Below are positions 40,371 through 50,631 of a DNA stretch of 50,631 bases, in pieces. The stretch comes from a virus (Duplodnaviria; Heunggongvirae; Uroviricota; Caudoviricetes), in IMG/VR virus record IMGVR_UViG_643348551_000005; one strand, given 5' to 3'. Every line of letters begins with the position of its first letter. Position 1 is the stretch's first letter. The notes beneath the pieces are model-generated. The model was not told the origin of the DNA. It searched no databases and was given only the letters and a program-made list of their open reading frames with translations. A program made the translations under genes and the position numbers.

Positions 40371-41068
40371 TGCAGGACATACAACAGGAAACGCTGAATG
40401 AATGCATTCGTGCGGAGCAGTCGGCCAGCGTGGTGCTCTGGGAAATCGACCTGACCGAGGTAGGCGGGGATCGCTACTTTTTCTGTAATGAGCAGAACGA
40501 AAAAGGTGAGTCTGTCACCTGGCAGAGTCGGCAGTATCAGGCCTATCCCATTCAGGGGAGTGGATTTGAGATGAACGGCAAGGGCAGTGCTGCCCGTCCG
40601 ACACTGACGGTCTCTAACCTGCACGGCATGATCACCGGGATGGCGGAAGATCTGCAGAGTCTGGTCGGCGGAACGGTGGTCCGGCGTAAGGTTTACGCCC
40701 GCTTTCTGGATGCGGTGAACTTCGTCAACGGAAACAGCGAAGCCGATCCGGAGCAGGAGGTGATCAGCCGCTGGCGCATCGAGCAGTGCAGCGAACTGAG
40801 CGCGGTCAGTGCCTCTTTTGTACTGTCCACGCCGACTGAAACGGATGGCGCTGTTTTTCCGGGACGTATCATGCTGGCCAACACCTGCACCTGGACCTAT
40901 CGCGGCGATGAGTGCGGTTATAGCGGTCCGGCGGTCGCGGATGAATATGACCAGCCGACGTCCGATATCACGAAGGATAAATGCAGCAAATGCCTGAGTG
41001 GCTGTAAGTTTCGCAATAATGTCGGCAACTTTGGCAGCTTCCTTTCCATTAACAAACTTTCGCAGTAA
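40370..41068 (+). CDS. Minor tail protein L (lambda gpL-like)
   Basis: 232-aa product [33 protein letters not shown]... recognised as near-identical to lambda gpL, with a C-terminal Cys cluster. Confidence 0.9.
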   Translation: MQDIQQETLNECIRAEQSASVVLWEIDLTEVGGDRYFFCNEQNEKGESVTWQSRQYQAYPIQGSGFEMNGKGSAARPTLTVSNLHGMITGMAEDLQSLVGGTVVRRKVYARFLDAVNFVNGNSEADPEQEVISRWRIEQCSELSAVSASFVLSTPTETDGAVFPGRIMLANTCTWTYRGDECGYSGPAVADEYDQPTSDITKDKCSKCLSGCKFRNNVGNFGSFLSINKLSQ

Positions 41069-41073
41069 ATCCC

Positions 41074-41817
41074 ATGACAGAGACAGAATCAGCGATTCTG
41101 GCGCACGCCCGGCGATGTGCGCCAGCGGAGTCGTGCGGCTTCGTGGTGAGAACGCCGGAGGAGGAAAGATATTTTCCCTGCGTGAATATCTCCGGTGAGC
41201 CGGAGGCGTATTTCCGGATGTCGCCGGAGGACTGGCTGAGTGCAGAAATGCAGGGAGAGATTGTGGCGCTGGTCCACAGCCACCCCGGTGGTCTGCCCTG
41301 GCTGAGTGAGGCCGACCGGCGGCTGCAGGTACAGAGTGATTTGCCGTGGTGGCTGGTCTGCCGGGGGGCGATTCATAAATTCCGCTGTGTGCCGCATCTC
41401 ACCGGGCGGCGCTTTGAGCACGGGGTAACGGACTGTTACACGCTGTTCCGGGACGCTTACCATCTGGCGGGAATTGAGATGCCGGATTTTCATCGCGGGG
41501 ATGACTGGTGGCGTAACGGTCAGAATCTCTATCTGGATAATCTGGAGGCCACAGGGCTGTATCAGGTGCCGTTGTCAGCGGCGCAGCCGGGCGATGTGCT
41601 GCTGTGCTGTTTTGGTTCATCGGTGCCGAATCATGCCGCCATTTACTGTGGTGACAGCGAGCTGCTGCACCATATTCCTGAACAACTGAGCAAACGAGAG
41701 AGGTACACCGACAAATGGCAGCGACGCACACACTCCCTCTGGCGTCACCGGGCATGGCACGCATCTGCCTTTACGGGGATTTACAACGATTTGGCCGCCG
41801 CATCGACCTTCGAGTGA
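41074..41817 (+). CDS. Tail assembly protein K (lambda gpK-like; JAB/MPN plus NlpC/P60 domains)
   Basis: HSHPGG motif (JAB/MPN-like) and a C-terminal Cys/His region, in the lambda K position. Confidence 0.85.
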   Translation: MTETESAILAHARRCAPAESCGFVVRTPEEERYFPCVNISGEPEAYFRMSPEDWLSAEMQGEIVALVHSHPGGLPWLSEADRRLQVQSDLPWWLVCRGAIHKFRCVPHLTGRRFEHGVTDCYTLFRDAYHLAGIEMPDFHRGDDWWRNGQNLYLDNLEATGLYQVPLSAAQPGDVLLCCFGSSVPNHAAIYCGDSELLHHIPEQLSKRERYTDKWQRRTHSLWRHRAWHASAFTGIYNDLAAASTFE

Positions 41818-42356
41818 AAACGGGGTCCGAAGCCATCCGGGCGCTGGCCATGCAGATCCCGGCATTTCGTCAGAAACTGAGCGACGGCTGGTACCAGGTA
41901 CGCATTGCCGGGCGTGATGCAGGTGAAACCGAATTGTCTGCCCGTCTTAATGAGCCGCTGGAAAATGGTGCCGTGATCCATATCGTGCCGCGTCTGGCAG
42001 GAGCCAAAAGTGGCGGTGTGTTTCAGGCTGTGCTGGGGGCGGCTGTTATGGCGGTTGCTATATGGATGCCGGGGGTAGGAATTATGGCGAGTAATCTGCT
42101 GTTTTCTCTCGGTGCCAGTATGACGCTTGGCGGTGTTGCACAGATGCTGGCCCCTAAACCCAAAACCCCCCGCACACAGACAACGGATAACGGCAAACAG
42201 AATACCTATTTTTCTTCACTGGATAACATGGTTGCCCAGGGCAATGTTCTGCCTGTTCTGTACGGGGAAATGCGCGTGGGGTCACGCGTGGTTTCTCAGG
42301 AGATCAGCACGGCAGACGAAGGGGACGGTGGTCAGGTTGTGGTGATTGGTCGCTGA
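41715..42356 (+). CDS. Tail assembly protein I (lambda gpI-like)
   Basis: Overlaps the 3' end of K as in lambda; the C-terminal ...NGKQNTYFSSLDNMVAQGNVLPVLYGEMRVG... matches lambda gpI from memory. Confidence 0.8.
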   Translation: MAATHTLPLASPGMARICLYGDLQRFGRRIDLRVKTGSEAIRALAMQIPAFRQKLSDGWYQVRIAGRDAGETELSARLNEPLENGAVIHIVPRLAGAKSGGVFQAVLGAAVMAVAIWMPGVGIMASNLLFSLGASMTLGGVAQMLAPKPKTPRTQTTDNGKQNTYFSSLDNMVAQGNVLPVLYGEMRVGSRVVSQEISTADEGDGGQVVVIGR

Positions 42357-42416
42357 TGCAAAATGTTTTATGTGAAACCGCCTGCGGGCGGTTTTGTCAT
42401 TTATGGAGCGTGAGGA

Positions 42417-45400
42417 ATGGGTAAAGGAAGCAGTAAGGGGCATACCCCGCGCGAAGCGAAGGACAACCTGAAGTCCACGCAGTTGCTGAGTGTGATCGAT
42501 GCCATCAGCGAAGGGCCGGTTGAAGGTCCGGTGGATGGATTAAAAAGCGTGCTGCTGAACAGTACGCCGGTGCTGGACACTGAGGGGAATACCAACATCT
42601 CCGGTGTCACGGTGGTGTTCCGTGCCGGTGAGCAGGAGCAGACACCGCCGGAGGGGTTTGAATCCTCCGGCTCCGAGACGGTGCTGGGTACGGAAGTGAA
42701 ATATGACACGCCGATCACCCGCACCATTACGTCTGCAAACATCGACCGTCTGCGCTTTACCTTCGGTGTGCAGGCACTGGTGGAAACCACCTCAAAGGGG
42801 GACCGGAATCCATCGGAAGTCCGCCTGCTGGTTCAGATACAACGTAACGGTGGCTGGGTGACGGAAAAGGACATCACCATTAAGGGCAAAACCACCTCGC
42901 AGTATCTGGCCTCGGTGGTGGTGGATAACCTGCCGCCGCGCCCGTTCAGTATCCGGATGCGCAGAATGACGCCGGACAGCACCACAGACCAGTTGCAGAA
43001 CAAAACGCTCTGGTCGTCATACACCGAAATTATCGATGTGAAACAGGGCTACCCGAACACGGCACTGGTCGGCGTACAGGTGGATTCGGAGCAGTTCGGC
43101 AGCCAGCAGGTGAGCCGTAATTATCATCTTCGCGGGCGCATTCTGCAGGTGCCGTCGAACTATAACCCGCAGACGCGACAATACAGCGGTATCTGGGACG
43201 GAACGTTAAAACCAGCATACAGCAACAACATGGCCTGGTGTCTGTGGGATATGCTGACCCACCCGCGCTACGGCATGGGAAAACGTCTTGGTGCGGCGGA
43301 TGTGGACAAATGGGCGCTGTATGTCATCGGCCAGTACTGCGACCAGTCAGTGCCGGACGGCTTTGGCGGCACGGAGCCGCGCATCACCTGTAATGCGTAC
43401 CTGACCACACAGCGCAAGGCGTGGGATGTGCTCAGTGATTTCTGCTCGGCGATGCGCTGTATGCCGGTATGGAACGGGCAGACGCTGACGTTCGTGCAGG
43501 ACCGACCGTCGGATAAGGTGTGGGCCTATAACCGCAGTAATGTAGTGATGCCGGATGATGGCGCGCCGTTCCGCTACAGTTTCAGCGCCCTGAAAGACCG
43601 CCATAATGCCGTTGAGGTGAACTGGATTGACCCGGATAACGGCTGGGAGACGGCGACAGAGCTTGTTGAAGATACGCAGGCCATTGCCCGTTACGGTCGT
43701 AACGTCACGAAGATGGATGCCTTTGGCTGTACCAGCCGGGGGCAGGCGCACCGCGCCGGGCTGTGGCTGATTAAAACGGAACTGCTGGAAACGCAGACCG
43801 TGGACTTCAGCGTGGGTGCGGAAGGGCTTCGCCATGTACCGGGGGATGTCATTGAAATCTGCGATGATGACTATGCGGGTATCAGCACCGGCGGGCGCGT
43901 GCTGGCGGTGAACAGCCAGACCCGGACGCTGACGCTCGACCGTGAAATCACGCTGCCATCCTCCGGTACCACGCTGATAAGCCTGGTTGACGGTCAGGGT
44001 AATCCGGTCAGCGTGGAGGTCCAGTCCGTCACCGACGGCGTGAAGGTGAAAGTGAGCCGTGTTCCTGACGGCGTTGCAGAATACAGCGTGTGGGGGCTGA
44101 AGCTGCCGACGCTGCGCCAGCGCCTGTTCCGCTGCGTGAGTATCCGTGAGAACGACGACGGCACGTATGCCATCACCGCCGTGCAGCATGTACCGGAAAA
44201 AGAAGCCATCGTGGATAACGGGGCGCACTTTGACGGCGACCAGAGCGGCACGGTGAATGGTGTCACGCCGCCAGCGGTGCAGCATCTGACCGCAGAAGTC
44301 ACCGCAGACAGCGGGGAATACCAGGTGCTGGCGCGCTGGGACACGCCGAAGGTGGTGAAGGGCGTGAGCTTCCTGCTTCGCCTGACCGTGGCAGCGGATG
44401 ACGGCCGTGAGCGGCTGGTCAGCACGGCCCGGACGACGGAAACCACTTACCGCTTCACACAACTGGCTCTGGGGAACTACAGGCTGACAGTCCGAGCAGT
44501 AAATGCGTGGGGGCAGCAGGGCGATCCGGCGTCGGTATCGTTCCGGATTGCCGCACCGGCAGCGCCGTCGCGGATTGAGCTGACGCCGGGCTATTTTCAG
44601 ATAACCGCCACGCCGCATCTTGCGGTTTATGACCCGACGGTACAGTTTGAGTTCTGGTTCTCGGAAAAACGGATTGCGGATATCAGGCAGGTTGAAACCA
44701 GCGCGCGTTATCTTGGTACGGCACTGTACTGGATAGCCGCCAGTATCAATATCAAACCGGGCCATGATTATTATTTTTACGTTCGCAGTGTGAACACCGT
44801 TGGCAAATCGGCATTCGTGGAGGCTGTCGGTCAGCCGAGTGATGATGCATCAGGCTATCTGGATTTTTTCAAAGGCGAGATAGGGAAAACCCATCTGGCT
44901 CAGGAGCTGTGGACGCAGATTGATAACGGTCAGCTTGCGCCTGACCTGACTGAAATCAGGACGTCCATAACGGATGTCAGCAATGAAATAACACAGACCG
45001 TCAATAAGAAACTGGAAGACCAGAGTGCAGCGATCCAGCAGATACAGAAGGTTCAGGTTGATACAAATAATAACCTGAACAGCATGTGGGCAGTGAAGCT
45101 GCAGCAGATGCAGGACGGACGCCTTTATATTGCGGGTATCGGTGCCGGTATTGAGAACACCCCTGACGGCATGCAGAGTCAGGTGCTGCTGGCAGCAGAC
45201 AGGATTGCGATGATTAATCCTGCGAATGGCAACACAAAGCCGATGTTTGTTGGTCAGGGCGATCAGATATTCATGAATGAAGTGTTCCTGAAACGCCTGA
45301 CGGCCCCCACCATTACCAGCGGCGGTAATCCTCCGGCATTTTCCCTGACATCAGACGGGAGACTGACGGCGAAAAATGCGGATATCAGTGGCAGTGTGAA

Positions 45401-45914
45401 TGCGAACTCAGGAACGCTCAACAATGTCACGATTAACCAGAACTGTACGATTAAGGGCATGCTGGAGGCGACCCAGGTCAGAGGAGATTTCGTTAAAGCT
45501 GTATCAAAAGCCTTCCCGAAAAAAGTCGGTACGTGGGGTAACACGGAAACACCAAACGGTACGGTTACAGTCACCATCAGCGATGATCATAACTTTGACC
45601 GCCAGATTATTATTCCGCCCATTATTTTTAACGGTATAGCGTATGACGATCCGGGGAGCGGAAATAACCCAGGAGGCACGCGATACACGGGTTATGGTTT
45701 TGAAGTTCGCAAAAACGGCGTATTAATCGCATCCAGAGAAACTAAAGGGGCCATTCCCGGTAGTTACAGTGCAGTTATTGATATGCCGAGTGGCAGGGGA
45801 AGCGTCACTCTGGAGTTTAAGATTTTCCAGAAAGGCAATCAGGGGGCAGGCAATATCACCGACTGTACGGTGATTGTGACCAAAAAAGCCGCTTCCGGCA
45901 TCAGTATTCGTTGA
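42417..45914 (+). CDS. Host-specificity / central tail fibre protein J (lambda gpJ-like)
   Basis: 1165-aa ORF in the J position, with fibronectin-III-like repeats and a C-terminal receptor-binding region. Confidence 0.9.
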   Translation: MGKGSSKGHTPREAKDNLKSTQLLSVIDAISEGPVEGPVDGLKSVLLNSTPVLDTEGNTNISGVTVVFRAGEQEQTPPEGFESSGSETVLGTEVKYDTPITRTITSANIDRLRFTFGVQALVETTSKGDRNPSEVRLLVQIQRNGGWVTEKDITIKGKTTSQYLASVVVDNLPPRPFSIRMRRMTPDSTTDQLQNKTLWSSYTEIIDVKQGYPNTALVGVQVDSEQFGSQQVSRNYHLRGRILQVPSNYNPQTRQYSGIWDGTLKPAYSNNMAWCLWDMLTHPRYGMGKRLGAADVDKWALYVIGQYCDQSVPDGFGGTEPRITCNAYLTTQRKAWDVLSDFCSAMRCMPVWNGQTLTFVQDRPSDKVWAYNRSNVVMPDDGAPFRYSFSALKDRHNAVEVNWIDPDNGWETATELVEDTQAIARYGRNVTKMDAFGCTSRGQAHRAGLWLIKTELLETQTVDFSVGAEGLRHVPGDVIEICDDDYAGISTGGRVLAVNSQTRTLTLDREITLPSSGTTLISLVDGQGNPVSVEVQSVTDGVKVKVSRVPDGVAEYSVWGLKLPTLRQRLFRCVSIRENDDGTYAITAVQHVPEKEAIVDNGAHFDGDQSGTVNGVTPPAVQHLTAEVTADSGEYQVLARWDTPKVVKGVSFLLRLTVAADDGRERLVSTARTTETTYRFTQLALGNYRLTVRAVNAWGQQGDPASVSFRIAAPAAPSRIELTPGYFQITATPHLAVYDPTVQFEFWFSEKRIADIRQVETSARYLGTALYWIAASINIKPGHDYYFYVRSVNTVGKSAFVEAVGQPSDDASGYLDFFKGEIGKTHLAQELWTQIDNGQLAPDLTEIRTSITDVSNEITQTVNKKLEDQSAAIQQIQKVQVDTNNNLNSMWAVKLQQMQDGRLYIAGIGAGIENTPDGMQSQVLLAADRIAMINPANGNTKPMFVGQGDQIFMNEVFLKRLTAPTITSGGNPPAFSLTSDGRLTAKNADISGSVNANSGTLNNVTINQNCTIKGMLEATQVRGDFVKAVSKAFPKKVGTWGNTETPNGTVTVTISDDHNFDRQIIIPPIIFNGIAYDDPGSGNNPGGTRYTGYGFEVRKNGVLIASRETKGAIPGSYSAVIDMPSGRGSVTLEFKIFQKGNQGAGNITDCTVIVTKKAASGISIR

Positions 45915-45936
45915 AATATTTATAACCCCAATAAAG

Positions 45937-45961
45937 GGCGTCAGGAATGACGCCTTTTTTA
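45937..45961 (+). terminator. Intrinsic terminator after J (GGCGTCA-GGAA-TGACGCC + TTTTTTA)
   Basis: Perfect 7-bp stem, tetraloop and T-tract, 23 nt after the J stop. Confidence 0.75.
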
Positions 45962-45984
45962 TTGCAGAAAAGCGAGAGGTAATT

Positions 45985-46584
45985 ATGCGTAAAGTTTGTG
46001 CAGCAATTTTGTCCGCAGCCATTTGTCTGGCCGTATCCGGTGCGCCTGCATGGGCGTCTGAACATCAGTCCACGCTGAGCGCGGGGTATCTTCATGCCTC
46101 GACGAACGTCCCCGGCAGTGATGATCTGAACGGGATTAACGTGAAATACCGTTATGAGTTTACGGACACACTGGGGCTGGTGACGTCATTCAGCTATGCA
46201 GGAGACAAGAATCGCCAGCTGACCCGTTACAGCGATACCCGCTGGCATGAAGATTCCGTTCGTAACCGCTGGTTCAGCGTAATGGCGGGGCCGTCTGTGC
46301 GCGTGAATGAATGGTTCAGCGCGTATGCGATGGCGGGTGTGGCTTACAGCCGTGTGTCGACTTTCTCCGGGGATTATCTCCGCGTAACTGACAACAAGGG
46401 GAAAAAGCACGATGTGCTGACCGGAAGTGATGACGGTCGCCACAGCAACACGTCTCTGGCGTGGGGGGCTGGCGTGCAGTTTAACCCGACCGAATCCGTG
46501 GCCATTGATATTGCTTATGAAGGCTCCGGCAGTGGTGACTGGCGCACTGACGGTTTCATCGTTGGTGTCGGTTATAAATTCTGA
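45985..46584 (+). CDS. lom: Lom-like outer-membrane beta-barrel protein (Ail/Lom family)
   Basis: Signal peptide (MRKVCAAILSAAICLAVSGAPAWA) and sequence near-identical to lambda Lom from memory, ending in the beta-barrel terminus GVGYKF. Confidence 0.9.
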   Translation: MRKVCAAILSAAICLAVSGAPAWASEHQSTLSAGYLHASTNVPGSDDLNGINVKYRYEFTDTLGLVTSFSYAGDKNRQLTRYSDTRWHEDSVRNRWFSVMAGPSVRVNEWFSAYAMAGVAYSRVSTFSGDYLRVTDNKGKKHDVLTGSDDGRHSNTSLAWGAGVQFNPTESVAIDIAYEGSGSGDWRTDGFIVGVGYKF

Positions 46585-46610
46585 TTAGCCAGGTAACACA
46601 GTGTTATGAC

Positions 46611-46638
46611 AGCCCGCCGGTTCAGGCGGGCTTTTTTG
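46611..46638 (+). terminator. Intrinsic terminator after lom (AGCCCGCC-GGTTCA-GGCGGGCT + TTTTTT)
   Basis: Perfect 8-bp GC-rich inverted repeat followed by a T-tract. Confidence 0.75.
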
Positions 46639-46648
46639 TGGGGGGAAT

Positions 46649-49600
46649 ATGGCAGTACGGATTTCAGGTGTACTGAAAGATGGCGCAGGTAAGCCGATAC
46701 AAAACTGCACCATTCAGCTAAAGGCCAGGCGCAACAGCACCACGGTGGTGGTGAACACAGTGGCCTCAGAAAACCCGGATGAAGCCGGGCGTTACACAAT
46801 GGACGTCGAGTATGGTCAGTACAGCGTCAGTCTGTTGGTGGAGGGATTCCCGCCGTCACACGCCGGGATTATCACCGTATATGAGGACTCAAAGCCGGGC
46901 ACACTGAATGATTTCCTCGGTGCAATGACGGAGGATGATGTCCGGCCAGAGGCACTGCGCCGTTTTGAACTGATGGTGGAAGAGGTGGCGCGTAACGCGT
47001 CCGCAGTGGCACAGAACACGGCAGCCGCGAAGAAGTCAGCCGGCGATGCCGGCACATCTGCCCGTGAGGCGGCAACCCATGCGACTGATGCTGCAGGCTC
47101 AGCACGCGCAGCCAGCACGTCAGCCGGACAGGCCGCTTCGTCGGCTCAGTCAGCGTCTTCCAGCGCAGGAACGGCATCAGCAAAGGCCACTGAAGCATCA
47201 AAAAGTGCTGCCGCTGCAGAGTCCTCAAAAAGCGCGGCGGCCACCAGTGCCGCTGCGGCAAAAACGTCAGAAACGAATGCGGCAGCGTCACAACAATCAG
47301 CAGCCACTTCAGCATCCACCGCGACCACGAAAGCGTCAGAAGCTGCCACCTCAGCCCGGGATGCGTCGGCTTCAAAAGAGGCAGCGAAATCATCAGAAAC
47401 GAACGCATCATCAAGCGCCAGTAGTGCCGCTTCCTCGGCAACGGCGGCAGGCAATTCCGCGAAGGCGGCAAAGACGTCTGAGACAAACGCCAGGTCTTCT
47501 GAAACGGCAGCGGGACAGAGCGCCTCGGCTGCGGCAGGCTCAAAAACAGCGGCTGCGTCGTCTGCCAGTGCCGCGTCAACAAGTGCCGGGCAGGCCTCAG
47601 CCAGTGCCACCGCCGCCGGAAAATCGGCAGAAAGTGCTGCATCGTCCGCTTCAACAGCCACAACGAAGGCTGGCGAAGCCGCTGTACAGGCCAGCGCAGC
47701 AGCGAGGTCTGCTTCCGCAGCGAAGACATCCGAAACGAATGCGAAAGCGTCGGAAACCCGTGCAGAATCCTCAAAAACGGCAGCCGCATCGTCCGCCAGT
47801 TCGGCAGCGTCATCGGCATCATCTGCGTCTGCTTCAAAAGATGAGGCGACCAGACAGGCGTCAGCAGCGAAGGGCAGCGCCACGACGGCATCCACGAAAG
47901 CAACAGAGGCGGCAGGCAGTGCGACGGCGGCATCTCAGAGCAAAACTACTGCTGAATCCGCTGCGACCCGTGCGGAAGCTGCTGCTGATCGTGCTGAAGA
48001 GATTGCCGGTGCAGTTGCGATGGAAGACGCAAGCCTTACAACTAAAGGTGTTGTGAAACTTAGCAGTGCTGTTGATAGCACCAGTGAATCGCTGGCGGCA
48101 ACGCCAAAGGCAGTAAAATCAGCCTATGACAATGCAGAGAAACGTCTGCAGAAAGACCAGAACGGCGCTGATATACCCGATAAGGGACGCTTCCTGAACA
48201 ACATTAACGCGGTCAGTAAAACAGACTTTGCTGATAAGCGTGGTATGCGTTATGTGCGGGTTAACGCTCCTGCAGGTGCAACATCTGGAAAATATTACCC
48301 TGTTGTTGTTATGCGTTCTGCTGGCTCAGTAAGCGAACTGGCATCAAGGGTCATTATCACCACGGCAACGCGAACCGCAGGCGATCCGATGAATAACTGC
48401 GAGTTTAACGGATTTGTTATGCCTGGTGGCTGGACTGACAGGGGGCGTTATGCTTATGGAATGTTCTGGCAATATCAAAACAATGAACGAGCCATCCACT
48501 CAATAATGATGAGTAATAAGGGCGATGATTTGCGCTCTGTGTTCTATGTTGATGGCGCTGCTTTCCCTGTTTTTGCGTTTATCGAAGATGGCCTGTCAAT
48601 ATCCGCACCTGGTGCTGATCTCGTTGTTAATGATACGACCTATAAGTTTGGGGCAACAAATCCGGCGACTGAATGTATCGCGGCGGACGTTATCCTTGAT
48701 TTTAAGAGTGGGCGTGGTTTTTATGAGTCTCATTCGTTAATCGTTAACGATAACTTGTCGTGCAAAAAACTTTTTGCCACAGACGAAATTGTAGCGCGTG
48801 GTGGTAATCAGATTCGAATGATAGGTGGGGAGTATGGGGCATTATGGCGTAATGATGGCGCTAAAACTTACCTGCTGCTTACCAATCAAGGTGATGTTTA
48901 TGGTGGCTGGAATACATTAAGACCGTTTGCTATTGATAACGCAACCGGCGAACTGGTTATTGGAACCAAACTGTCCGCAAGTCTGAACGGTAATGCATTA
49001 ACAGCAACAAAGCTGCAAACGCCAAGACGGGTTTCTGGTGTTGAGTTTGATGGTTCCAAAGATATTACTTTAACCGCCGCGCATGTGGCTGCTTTTGCCA
49101 GAAGGGCAACGGATACATATGCCGATGCGGATGGTGGCGTTCCCTGGAATGCCGAATCAGGCGCTTACAATGTCACCCGCTCTGGCGACAGCTATATTCT
49201 GGTTAACTTCTATACCGGAGTCGGAAGTTGCCGGACCCTGCAGATGAAGGCGCATTACAGAAATGGTGGTCTGTTCTACCGTTCTTCAAGAGATGGCTAT
49301 GGTTTTGAGGAAGACTGGGCAGAAGTTTATACCTCGAAAAATCTTCCACCAGAAAGCTACCCAGTCGGCGCACCAATCCCGTGGCCATCAGATACCGTTC
49401 CGTCTGGTTATGCCCTGATGCAGGGGCAGACTTTTGACAAATCTGCCTACCCGAAACTTGCTGCCGCTTATCCGTCAGGCGTGATCCCTGATTTGCGTGG
49501 CTGGACGATTAAGGGCAAGCCCGCCAGTGGTCGTGCCGTATTGTCTCAGGAACAGGACGGCATAAAATCGCATACCCACAGCGCCAGCGCATCCAGTACG

Positions 49601-50047
49601 GATTTGGGGACGAAAACCACATCGTCGTTTGATTACGGCACTAAATCCACGAATAACACTGGTGCGCATACCCATAGTTTAAGTGGCAGCACGAATGCAG
49701 CTGGTAATCACAGCCATAGAGATGGCCGTCGATTTAACCCCAGTGTTTTTAAAGATACTTATCAATATGGTTATACAAGCTCAGGTCAAAATACCTGGGG
49801 TGTACAAGGCTCAGTAGGTATGTCTACGGGGTGGTTAGCGAATACCAGTACAGATGGTAATCATAGCCATTCACTGTCCGGCACAGCAGCATCTGCAGGT
49901 GCACACGCGCATACTGTCGGTATTGGTGCTCATACGCACTCCGTTGCGATTGGTTCACATGGACACACCATCACCGTTAACGCTGCTGGTAACGCGGAAA
50001 ACACCGTCAAAAACATCGCATTTAACTATATTGTGAGGCTTGCATAA
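46649..50047 (+). CDS. stf: Side tail fibre protein (Stf) with an Ala/Ser-rich repetitive shaft
   Basis: 1132-aa ORF; N-terminus [26 protein letters not shown]... as in lambda Stf; long Ala/Ser/Thr-rich repeat region; C-terminal His-rich receptor-binding domain; followed by tfa. Confidence 0.9.
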   Translation: MAVRISGVLKDGAGKPIQNCTIQLKARRNSTTVVVNTVASENPDEAGRYTMDVEYGQYSVSLLVEGFPPSHAGIITVYEDSKPGTLNDFLGAMTEDDVRPEALRRFELMVEEVARNASAVAQNTAAAKKSAGDAGTSAREAATHATDAAGSARAASTSAGQAASSAQSASSSAGTASAKATEASKSAAAAESSKSAAATSAAAAKTSETNAAASQQSAATSASTATTKASEAATSARDASASKEAAKSSETNASSSASSAASSATAAGNSAKAAKTSETNARSSETAAGQSASAAAGSKTAAASSASAASTSAGQASASATAAGKSAESAASSASTATTKAGEAAVQASAAARSASAAKTSETNAKASETRAESSKTAAASSASSAASSASSASASKDEATRQASAAKGSATTASTKATEAAGSATAASQSKTTAESAATRAEAAADRAEEIAGAVAMEDASLTTKGVVKLSSAVDSTSESLAATPKAVKSAYDNAEKRLQKDQNGADIPDKGRFLNNINAVSKTDFADKRGMRYVRVNAPAGATSGKYYPVVVMRSAGSVSELASRVIITTATRTAGDPMNNCEFNGFVMPGGWTDRGRYAYGMFWQYQNNERAIHSIMMSNKGDDLRSVFYVDGAAFPVFAFIEDGLSISAPGADLVVNDTTYKFGATNPATECIAADVILDFKSGRGFYESHSLIVNDNLSCKKLFATDEIVARGGNQIRMIGGEYGALWRNDGAKTYLLLTNQGDVYGGWNTLRPFAIDNATGELVIGTKLSASLNGNALTATKLQTPRRVSGVEFDGSKDITLTAAHVAAFARRATDTYADADGGVPWNAESGAYNVTRSGDSYILVNFYTGVGSCRTLQMKAHYRNGGLFYRSSRDGYGFEEDWAEVYTSKNLPPESYPVGAPIPWPSDTVPSGYALMQGQTFDKSAYPKLAAAYPSGVIPDLRGWTIKGKPASGRAVLSQEQDGIKSHTHSASASSTDLGTKTTSSFDYGTKSTNNTGAHTHSLSGSTNAAGNHSHRDGRRFNPSVFKDTYQYGYTSSGQNTWGVQGSVGMSTGWLANTSTDGNHSHSLSGTAASAGAHAHTVGIGAHTHSVAIGSHGHTITVNAAGNAENTVKNIAFNYIVRLA
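47040..47990 (+). repeat. Low-complexity Ala/Ser/Thr-rich repeat region inside stf
   Basis: Reiterated SAAAS / KTSETNA / ASSA units, about 950 nt of GC-rich repeats. This region produces long spurious ORFs in the other frames and strand. Confidence 0.8.
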
Positions 50048-50631
50048 TGGCATTCAGAATGAGTGAACAACCACGGACCATAAAAATTTATAATCTGCTG
50101 GCCGGAACTAATGAATTTATTGGTGAAGGTGACGCATATATTCCGCCTCATACAGGTCTGCCAGCAAACAGTACCGATATTGCACCACCAGATATTCCTG
50201 CTGGCTTTGTGGCTGTTTTCAACAGTGATAAGGCATCGTGGCATCTCGATGAAGACCATCGGGGTAAAACGGTTTATGACGTAGCGTCAGGGGACGCGTT
50301 ATTTATTTCTGAACTCGGTCCGTTACCGGAAAATGTTACCTGGTTATCGCCGGAAGGGGAGTTTCAGAAGTGGAACGGCACAGCCTGGGTGAAAGATGCA
50401 GAAGCAGAAAAACTGTTCCGGATCCGGGAGGCGGAAGAAACAAAAAACAGCCTGATGCAGGTAGCCAGTGAGCATATAGCGCCACTTCAGGATGCTGTAG
50501 ATCTGGAGATCGCAACGGAGGAAGAAACCTCATTGCTGGAAGCCTGGAAAAAATATCGGGTGTTGCTGAACCGTGTTAATACAACAACTGCACCGGATAT
50601 TGAATGGCCAACAGTACCCATTATCGAATAG
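50047..50631 (+). CDS. tfa: Tail fibre assembly protein (Tfa)
   Basis: 194-aa product [61 protein letters not shown]... matches lambda/Rac Tfa from memory. Overlaps the stf stop (ATAATG). The stop is the last codon of the window. Confidence 0.9.
   Translation: MAFRMSEQPRTIKIYNLLAGTNEFIGEGDAYIPPHTGLPANSTDIAPPDIPAGFVAVFNSDKASWHLDEDHRGKTVYDVASGDALFISELGPLPENVTWLSPEGEFQKWNGTAWVKDAEAEKLFRIREAEETKNSLMQVASEHIAPLQDAVDLEIATEEETSLLEAWKKYRVLLNRVNTTTAPDIEWPTVPIIE

Noticed and set aside
43347-44765. 472-aa minus-strand ORF inside the J gene
   Set aside because: It is antisense to the well-supported tail protein J, Arg-rich with no ribosome-binding site, and is an open-frame artefact of GC-rich coding sequence.
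46872-48056. Long ORFs overlapping stf in other frames and on the minus strand (47046-48056 plus, 46872-47933 minus, 47146-47895 minus)
   Set aside because: They fall exactly on the GC-rich Ala/Ser-rich repeat region of stf and translate to low-complexity Arg/Pro/Gln-rich or Ala/Asp-rich strings, the usual artefact of repetitive GC-rich coding DNA.

Overview
The whole 50.6 kb window reads as one lambdoid prophage of an enterobacterium, very close to the Rac prophage of Escherichia coli but apparently complete rather than cryptic. All identifications come from reading the supplied ORF translations and the DNA by eye; no database search was run. Left to right: integrase and excisionase (1-1477); an early-left operon with ydaC, the Lar-family anti-restriction gene ralR, the RecT/RecE recombination pair, racC, ydaE, kilR and sieB (1532-7161); the immunity region with racR divergent from ydaS/ydaT (7746-8918); replication genes ydaU and DnaC-like ydaV (8931-10541); a low-GC cargo island (about 11.7-15.7 kb) carrying a DUF262/DUF1524 GmrSD-like nuclease and an unrecognised 349-aa protein; an IS3-family insertion sequence (15745-17002); nin-region genes and a Q-type antiterminator followed by terminator hairpins; two tandem lipoproteins whose C-termini resemble TolA domain III (20035-21009); a pinholin / SAR-endolysin / Rz / Rz1 lysis cassette; the trkG potassium-transporter moron; a ParB-like nuclease-domain gene translationally coupled to a GT-A-like gene; then terminase, portal, head, and a lambda-like tail module (G/GT frameshift, tape measure, M, L, K, I, J), lom, and side tail fibre stf/tfa. 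No tRNA, rRNA or CRISPR array was seen. The most interesting candidates are the cargo island (a likely Type IV restriction gene plus an orphan partner) and the TolA-domain-III-like lipoprotein pair in the late-operon moron slot.
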